Part shown: positions 58,354 through 64,000 of the stretch, in pieces
Layout: each line of letters opens with the position of its first letter
Position numbering within the stretch: position 1 is the first letter of the stretch
Assembly: GCA_037444405.1 (NCBI GenBank)
Contig: JBBIML010000008.1
Span: 142,676 to 206,675 of the forward strand
DNA length: 64,000 nt
From: Armatimonadota bacterium
GTDB lineage: Bacteria > Armatimonadota > Fimbriimonadia > Fimbriimonadales > GBS-DC
Reading direction: 5' to 3'
The notes under the pieces: model-generated
The model's database searches: none
The model's input: the letters and a program-made list of their open reading frames with translations, nothing else
What the model was told of the DNA's origin: nothing
Position numbers and translations under genes: made by a program

Positions 58354-59217
58354 CTACCTCCCTTCCGAATCGCCGAAGAAGGCGCCGCGCTCCAGCGAGA
58401 GCCAGTAGCGCAAGCCCGTCGCGATCGCGCCCAGCATGATGCCGAACCACATCGCGCGCACCGCCGCCGTGTTGACCACATAGAGCAGCCACTGGCTCAT
58501 GGCGGGCAACCACAACGGTTCAGGCAGCGCATGCGTGAGCCATAAGCCAATCGGAATCTGACCCAGCATCACAATCAGCGCCGCCCCAATCATCACCAGC
58601 GCTTCGGCGGAGCGCACCCGAAACGCGCGATAGGCGGCGGTGGTGATATGAAAGGCGAGCAGCGAAAAAACCGTTGACCCCATCGGGCGCAACATCGAGT
58701 TGAACACCAGCTCGTTCACCGATTTGAGCCAGCCGCCGGGCAGACCATAGCCCATCCCCGCAATCATGCCCACCGCCACCGCGATAAAGAACGCGACGCT
58801 GTTGTACCATTCGGGACGCCGCCGACGGATGGTGTTGCCGTGAACCATGGCGAGGCTGATCAGCCCCATGCCCCACGCCATCGCCATCAGCACCACGAAG
58901 AAGTTGTTCACGGCGGGCAGCCAGTCGCTGAGGTAGGTGGTGGGACCCGCTCGCAGGCGGTCGCCGGGCGCCAGCTGGGCTGGCTCCACACGCTCATAAC
59001 TGCCATTCGGGCGCTGGCGATAGAACGCCATACCGGGCTGAAGGGGCACACGCACGGTCGCCCCATCGGTTCGCAGCAGCACCGAATCGGCGCGTATTTC
59101 CACCACCGTGCCCTGCACGGTTCGCCACGGCACGGTGGGCGGCACCACGAACTCCAGGAAATAGTACAGCCCCGCGATGAAGGTCAGCCCCACAATCAGC
59201 AGGCGTTTCGTGTCCAT
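58354..59217 (-). CDS. Uncharacterised polytopic membrane protein with a small beta-domain insert
   Basis: FSLLAFHITTAAYRAFRVRS and LGQIPIG motifs; insert VQGTVVEI...LAPGDRL. Confidence 0.8.
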   Translation of the reverse strand: MDTKRLLIVGLTFIAGLYYFLEFVVPPTVPWRTVQGTVVEIRADSVLLRTDGATVRVPLQPGMAFYRQRPNGSYERVEPAQLAPGDRLRAGPTTYLSDWLPAVNNFFVVLMAMAWGMGLISLAMVHGNTIRRRRPEWYNSVAFFIAVAVGMIAGMGYGLPGGWLKSVNELVFNSMLRPMGSTVFSLLAFHITTAAYRAFRVRSAEALVMIGAALIVMLGQIPIGLWLTHALPEPLWLPAMSQWLLYVVNTAAVRAMWFGIMLGAIATGLRYWLSLERGAFFGDSEGR

Positions 59218-59226
59218 CCGCCACCT

Positions 59227-60000
59227 CTATCGCCCCGTGAGGGCATGCACAATTGGGTTCTCCGCGCCGAAAAGGGTGGTTGCCAGCACGCCCAGCAACA
59301 ACAGGCACAACAGCCCGATTTTGGCGTAGTCCTGACCCACCAGACTGCCCAGCATGGTTGGCTCGCGCGTGAGGTAGGCGCTCGCGGCGTACAGCTCCTC
59401 GCCGATAATCGTGTAGTCGCAGCTGGCGATGAAGAAGGGCACCTGAAAATAGTCGTCAGTGCCCGCAATCTGCATCGCGCCCGTGCGCTGACCCGGCTCG
59501 GCGAGCAGCAGCGAGGTGTAGTCGTACATGCCGAAGAAAAAGTGCGAGGCGGTCTGCTCCTGCAGCATCAGGTCAGCGGTGGCGAGGGCGAGCTGGTCGC
59601 TCTGGGCAGCGATGAAGCGGATGTCGGACGGCTCAAACCGTTCGGGATGCCCCCCGCTCTCGCATGCCTGGCGAATGACCGCTTCGAGAATGGGCACCAT
59701 CACGGGGAAAGCAGTGACGGTCAGCAGGCGCAGGTTGAGCCGCGCGGCTTGCCGCGCGACATGGCTTAGCACGCCGAGCGCGGCGAGCGTGCTGATTGCC
59801 TGCACATCGCCCACGCCCGGGTGAAACAGCAGCGGTCTGCCCGTTTCAGCGGCGCGCCCAATCGCTTCGTCGATGGCGTTCAGCCCCGCGATGCGCCGGA
59901 TAAAGATGGGACGCCCGCGCCGCGCCGCCCCGATGCCCCACAGAATCAGCCCGCCAATCGCGCCGATCGCTATCAGCATCTGCAGGTTCGCATGCTCCAT
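59227..60000 (-). CDS. DUF6754-like protein
   Basis: FIRRIAGLNAIDEAIGRAAETGRP, QIAGT, Q.PFF..CDYT.IGEELYAASAYL and GQD..K motifs. Confidence 0.75.
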   Translation of the reverse strand: MEHANLQMLIAIGAIGGLILWGIGAARRGRPIFIRRIAGLNAIDEAIGRAAETGRPLLFHPGVGDVQAISTLAALGVLSHVARQAARLNLRLLTVTAFPVMVPILEAVIRQACESGGHPERFEPSDIRFIAAQSDQLALATADLMLQEQTASHFFFGMYDYTSLLLAEPGQRTGAMQIAGTDDYFQVPFFIASCDYTIIGEELYAASAYLTREPTMLGSLVGQDYAKIGLLCLLLLGVLATTLFGAENPIVHALTGR

Positions 60001-60094
60001 GCCACCTCCTGCTTACGACCGGGCGCGCGGTTTTCCTGTCAGGCTCCCGGAGTGGCAGGAGATTGCTATCGGGGGGCGAACAAGCGGAACTTGT

Positions 60095-62083
60095 ATGGCA
60101 GTGCCGGACGAGTTGCAACGGGCGCGGCGCACGGCGGAGGAGGTCGCCGCCGAAGAGCGCCGATTCGAAGACGGGTTCACCCTCCGCACCTTTCTGGGTC
60201 TGCTGTTCGTGGCGTTCGTGATGTTGCCCGGCAGCATCTATATGGGGCTGGTGGCGGGCGTGGGGCTGGGTTCCGCCGCCGAATGGGTCACCATCGTGCT
60301 GTTCGCGGAGGTGATGCGCCGCTCGCTCCAGCCGCTCAAGCGGCAGGAGATTTACATGCTGTTTTATATCGCGTCCGCGCTCACCGCGATGGGGCTGTAC
60401 GGGCTGTCGGGCGGACCCCTGCAGTGGAAAATCTGGGATCAGTTCTTCATTCAGTCGGCGCCTGCCACACCCTTCGCAAAGGAGATCCCGCACTGGGCGG
60501 TGCCCGCGCCCGATTCGGTCGCCCTGCGCGAGCGCACCTTCTTCCATCCTGACTGGTTCCTCCCGCTGGGGCTGCTGATTTTGACCGAGATTCTGGGGCG
60601 TGCCAGCTGGATGAGCATGGGCTACATGGTTTTTCGGATGACCTCCGATGTGGAGCGGTTGCCGTTCCCGCTGGCGCCCGTGGCGGCGTCGGGCGCACTC
60701 GCGCTGGCGGAGGCGGGACGACGCGAAGAATCGTGGCGCTGGGGCGTCTTCTCCACCGGCGCCGTCGTCGGCATGGCGTTCGGATTCTTCTATCTGGCAA
60801 TCCCCGTGTTCACAGGCACGCTGTTCGGCGACGCCGTGCAGATTATCCCCATCCCCTTTCTGGATTTGACCCAGAATGTGGAGAATCTCCTGCCGACCGC
60901 CATCATTGGCGTCTCACTCAATCTGGGCGAGGTGCTGCTTGGCTTCGTGCTGCCCTATCAGATTGTGCTGGGTTCAGCCATCAGCTCCGTTCTGACCTAT
61001 GTGCTGGCGAACCCGCTGCTGTATCAGTTGGGGCTGATCCGGAGCTGGCAGCCGAACTCGCCCGTGATGCAGACCAAAATCTCCGTCGATATCGACTTCT
61101 GGCTGGCGATTATTGTGGGGTTGCAGCTGGCGGTGGCGGCGATTGGCGTCGGGATGGTGATTCGCACCCTGCGCGAGCATGGTCGCCAGCGGGCGTTGCA
61201 GGCGCGCGGGCTGATACCGCCCCCCGCAGGACGCGGCGACCCGCCCCTGTGGATACCCGCCCTCATCTGGCTGGTTTCGGTGGTGTCTTACATTCTGCTG
61301 TGCCGCTGGCTGGTGCCGGAGTTCCCCCTCTGGATTGTAGTGCTGTTCGGGCTGTTCTGGAGTCCGCTGAACAGCTATGTGTCGGCGCGAATGATCGGGC
61401 TGACGGGTCAGGGCGTGTCGGTGCCGTTTTTGAAGGAGGTGGCGGTCATCAGCAGTGGCTATCCGAAGGTGGACATCTGGTACGCGCCGCTGCCCCTGCA
61501 GGACTACGGCTGGGCAGCCCAGCGGTTCCGCGAGGTGGAACTCACCGGCACAAGGTTCACCAGCATCCTGAAAGCCGAGCTGGTGATGCTGCCGACGATT
61601 TTCATCGCCAGCTTCCTGTTCTGGTCGTTCTTCTGGAAAGCCAGCCCGATCCCGTCGTCGCTGTTTCCCTATGCGATGCGGATGTGGCCCTACTTCGCGC
61701 AGATGGACGCCGTGTGGAAGCAGATCAATCGCCCGGAGAGCGAGATGCGCGAGCTGGTGCTGGGCGCGTTGAACCTGCCGCGCATCGGGATCGGCTTTCT
61801 AATGGGTCTGGGTCTGTACGGGCTGTTCAGCGCGTTCAAGATGCCGCTGCTGCTCTTCTACGGGCTTGTGGGCGGTGTGGGTCAGTTCCCGCATTATACG
61901 CTACCGCGCCTGTTCGGCGCATGGCTGGGCATGCGCTACTTCCGCCGACGGTTCGGCGAGGAAAACTGGATTCGCTATGCGCCCGTGCTGCTGGCAGGCT
62001 TCTTCTGCGGCATGGGGCTGATCGGCATGTTCGCGATTGCGCTCGCGCTGATCGCCAAATCGGTCTCCGTGCTGCCGTTTTAG
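60095..62083 (+). CDS. OPT-like peptide transporter
   Basis: EDGFT.RT..G, AAEWVT and DVERLPFPLAP motifs; many TMs. Confidence 0.65.
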   Translation: MAVPDELQRARRTAEEVAAEERRFEDGFTLRTFLGLLFVAFVMLPGSIYMGLVAGVGLGSAAEWVTIVLFAEVMRRSLQPLKRQEIYMLFYIASALTAMGLYGLSGGPLQWKIWDQFFIQSAPATPFAKEIPHWAVPAPDSVALRERTFFHPDWFLPLGLLILTEILGRASWMSMGYMVFRMTSDVERLPFPLAPVAASGALALAEAGRREESWRWGVFSTGAVVGMAFGFFYLAIPVFTGTLFGDAVQIIPIPFLDLTQNVENLLPTAIIGVSLNLGEVLLGFVLPYQIVLGSAISSVLTYVLANPLLYQLGLIRSWQPNSPVMQTKISVDIDFWLAIIVGLQLAVAAIGVGMVIRTLREHGRQRALQARGLIPPPAGRGDPPLWIPALIWLVSVVSYILLCRWLVPEFPLWIVVLFGLFWSPLNSYVSARMIGLTGQGVSVPFLKEVAVISSGYPKVDIWYAPLPLQDYGWAAQRFREVELTGTRFTSILKAELVMLPTIFIASFLFWSFFWKASPIPSSLFPYAMRMWPYFAQMDAVWKQINRPESEMRELVLGALNLPRIGIGFLMGLGLYGLFSAFKMPLLLFYGLVGGVGQFPHYTLPRLFGAWLGMRYFRRRFGEENWIRYAPVLLAGFFCGMGLIGMFAIALALIAKSVSVLPF

Positions 62084-62910
62084 CCCTTCAGCCCCGTGAG
62101 CGTGATGCCGCGAATGAACGCCCGCTGGGTAAGCAGAAACACGACCACCAGCGGCGCCGTGACCACAACCGCCGCCGCCATCAGCAGGTTCCACTGCTCG
62201 CCGTGCCGACCCAGAAAATATTGTAAGCCGACCGCCAGTGTGAACTTGCTGGCGTCGTTGAGATAGATTAGCGGCGCCATGAAGTCCGTCCACGCCCACA
62301 CGAACGCAAAAAGCGCGACGGTCGCAATCGCGGGTCGTGCCAGCGGCGCCACCACCCGCCACAGGATCGTCCAGTCGGTCGCGCCGTCCAGATAAGCCGC
62401 GTCGATCAGCTCCTGCGGCAGGGTCAGAAAGAACTGGCGCAACATAAAAATCAGGAAGGCGTTCCCGAAGAAGGCGGGCACAATCAGCGGCAGGAAGGTG
62501 TCCACCCAGCCCAGCCAGCGAAAGAGCAGAAACACGGGCAGCAGCGTGACCTGCGGGGGCAGCATCAGCGTGGCGAGCATCACCCAGAACCAGAAGTTGC
62601 GCCCGCGCCAGCGCATCCGCGCGAACGCATAGGCGGGCGGCAAACAGCTCAAAACCGTGCCCACCACCACGAAGCCCGCTATCAGCAGGGTGTTGCGCAG
62701 ATAGAGCCAGAAGGGGAAGGCGCTCAGCGCCTGCCGATAGTTCTCCCACGCGACGCGCGACGGGATCCACACGATGCGCTCCGTGAACAGCTCGTTATCG
62801 GGTTTCAGCGAGGTGGACACCATCCACGCTATCGGCAGCAAAAACAGCGCCGCCAGCCCCATTAACATCAGATGCGCCGCCACACGCGCCCAACCACGCC
62901 CGAACCGCAT
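62080..62910 (-). CDS. Carbohydrate ABC transporter permease (stand-alone)
   Basis: STSLK, AYAFAR and EAA loop LPQELIDAAYLDGA motifs. Confidence 0.93.
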   Translation of the reverse strand: MRFGRGWARVAAHLMLMGLAALFLLPIAWMVSTSLKPDNELFTERIVWIPSRVAWENYRQALSAFPFWLYLRNTLLIAGFVVVGTVLSCLPPAYAFARMRWRGRNFWFWVMLATLMLPPQVTLLPVFLLFRWLGWVDTFLPLIVPAFFGNAFLIFMLRQFFLTLPQELIDAAYLDGATDWTILWRVVAPLARPAIATVALFAFVWAWTDFMAPLIYLNDASKFTLAVGLQYFLGRHGEQWNLLMAAAVVVTAPLVVVFLLTQRAFIRGITLTGLKG

Positions 62911-62924
62911 GCCAGATTGCAACC

Positions 62925-63089
62925 CTAACACCCGCTGCCGAAATGGAACAACACGATTAGCACGATGTCGGGGCGGTTCTGCGCCAGTGTAGCAGTCAGT
63001 GCCATCAGCCCGATGGTCAGGCTCGTCACCAGCCGCAGCCACATCCTCTGCGCTCCACCATTCCGAACCGACTGTCGCGCTTGCATCAT
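62925..63089 (-). pseudogene. 54-codon ORF, probably the truncated N-terminus of a secreted protein
   Basis: TATAAT box and AAGGAGG RBS; MMQARQSVRNGGAQRMWLRLVTSLTIGLMALTATLAQNRPDIVLIVLFHFGSGC*. Confidence 0.5.
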
Positions 63090-63207
63090 CGTCTGCCTCC
63101 TTCTCTGGCTGCCTCTTTCCTACTAATTATACACCACTTTGCAGGTCCTTCCTGCCGCTCTCAAAGCCACAACCGGATTGGATTTTTCGAACACCCCTCT
63201 TTACCTC

Positions 63208-63237
63208 TTGACACAGGCTTCCATTGTGGGGTATAGT
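63208..63237 (+). promoter_or_regulatory. Sigma70 promoter
   Basis: TTGACA-18 nt-TATAGT. Confidence 0.7.
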
Positions 63238-63306
63238 TAACTTGCAGTCAAGGGCGCGTGCATCGCCCGGTTGCCCCTGACGCGCCCGCGATGCGGAGGA
63301 GGTGTG

Positions 63307-64000
63307 ATGATGAGGGCGTCGCGCCCAATACGGTCAGAATGGCAGACTCTCGTTAGGGGGTTTGCAAGCGTGCTTGCGCTGTGTGCGACCTGTATTTCCG
63401 CGCTCTACGCTCAGTTTGAACCACGTTAGTCCACCCCGGTTCCGTTCTCCGCGAATGGAGCTTTCTATCAGGGCGACTTCTACACGCTTGGGGTAGCAGG
63501 ACGTACCGTCACACTCTATCGCCTTTCGCCCGATGGCACGCTCACCTCGCTCTGGAGCCACACCGAATCGCCCCGGTCGGGATATCAACCATGGGGTTCT
63601 CCGTGGACGGCGATTGATCCCGCTGCCAATCGCTTTTTGCTGGGCATCTCTTTCACCAGCGGGTATCTGGGGCGATATGACCTGTGGGCGCTCGATCTGA
63701 ACGGGCGTTTCGTGTGGCTCTACCAGGAGACTTCCTCTTCGGATGTCTTCTGGCTTAGTGGAGATGGTCAGGGTGGGGCTATTCAAGTGGTGGGACGGTG
63801 GTATCCCCCTAACTATCTCCGTGCTATTCGGTGGTACAGCGCGCATGGTGAGCCAGTCAGAGTCCAGCAGGTGGAAGGAACTCCCGTGGGCATAGACACG
63901 CGCAACCGACTCGTAACGGTTTCAACCATCTCCGGGGACTACGCTATCATCGGCTATCGCTATTACTGGTACGATATCTTCACGGGGCGGATGGTTCAAT
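63307..64000 (+). pseudogene. Secreted beta-propeller-like protein with an in-frame TAG; continues past the window
   Basis: GGAGGAGG RBS and signal peptide ..LYAQFEPR*STPVP.. (TAG at 63427-63429); the frame stays open to the window end. Confidence 0.65.

Overview
A GC-rich bacterial chromosomal window. Protein styles suggest a thermophilic Armatimonadota-like organism; this is an inference and no search was run. Most of it is scrambled housekeeping genes: MCC beta, kbl, rplJL with an L10 leader, asd, argC, ndk, trpS, thiolase, fused E1, icd, pilC, folK, hutI, der, mqnE, acpS, purN, deoB, an orphan nuoE, coaD and three tRNAs (Val-CAC, Leu-GAG, Arg-CCG). It also holds a polysaccharide locus (3.0-12.1 kb) and an MTase-HNH pair. 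Most notable candidates: (1) an IS200/IS605 TnpA-like domain that has lost its catalytic residues, fused to a sigma70 region-4 domain and lying between hit and der; (2) a ~330-nt, highly structured ncRNA with its own promoter and terminator between nuoE and coaD that I cannot assign to a known class; (3) a four-gene uncharacterised membrane operon (DUF6754-like) divergent from an OPT-like transporter; (4) a 63-aa very basic protein resembling archaeal chromatin proteins. Across the window, GG-TA(T/C/A)A(A/C)T boxes sit 5-11 nt before start codons (leaderless architecture), GTAG-hairpin REP-like elements recur, and GGCC and ACGT look strongly avoided. All family calls come from motif recognition by eye.
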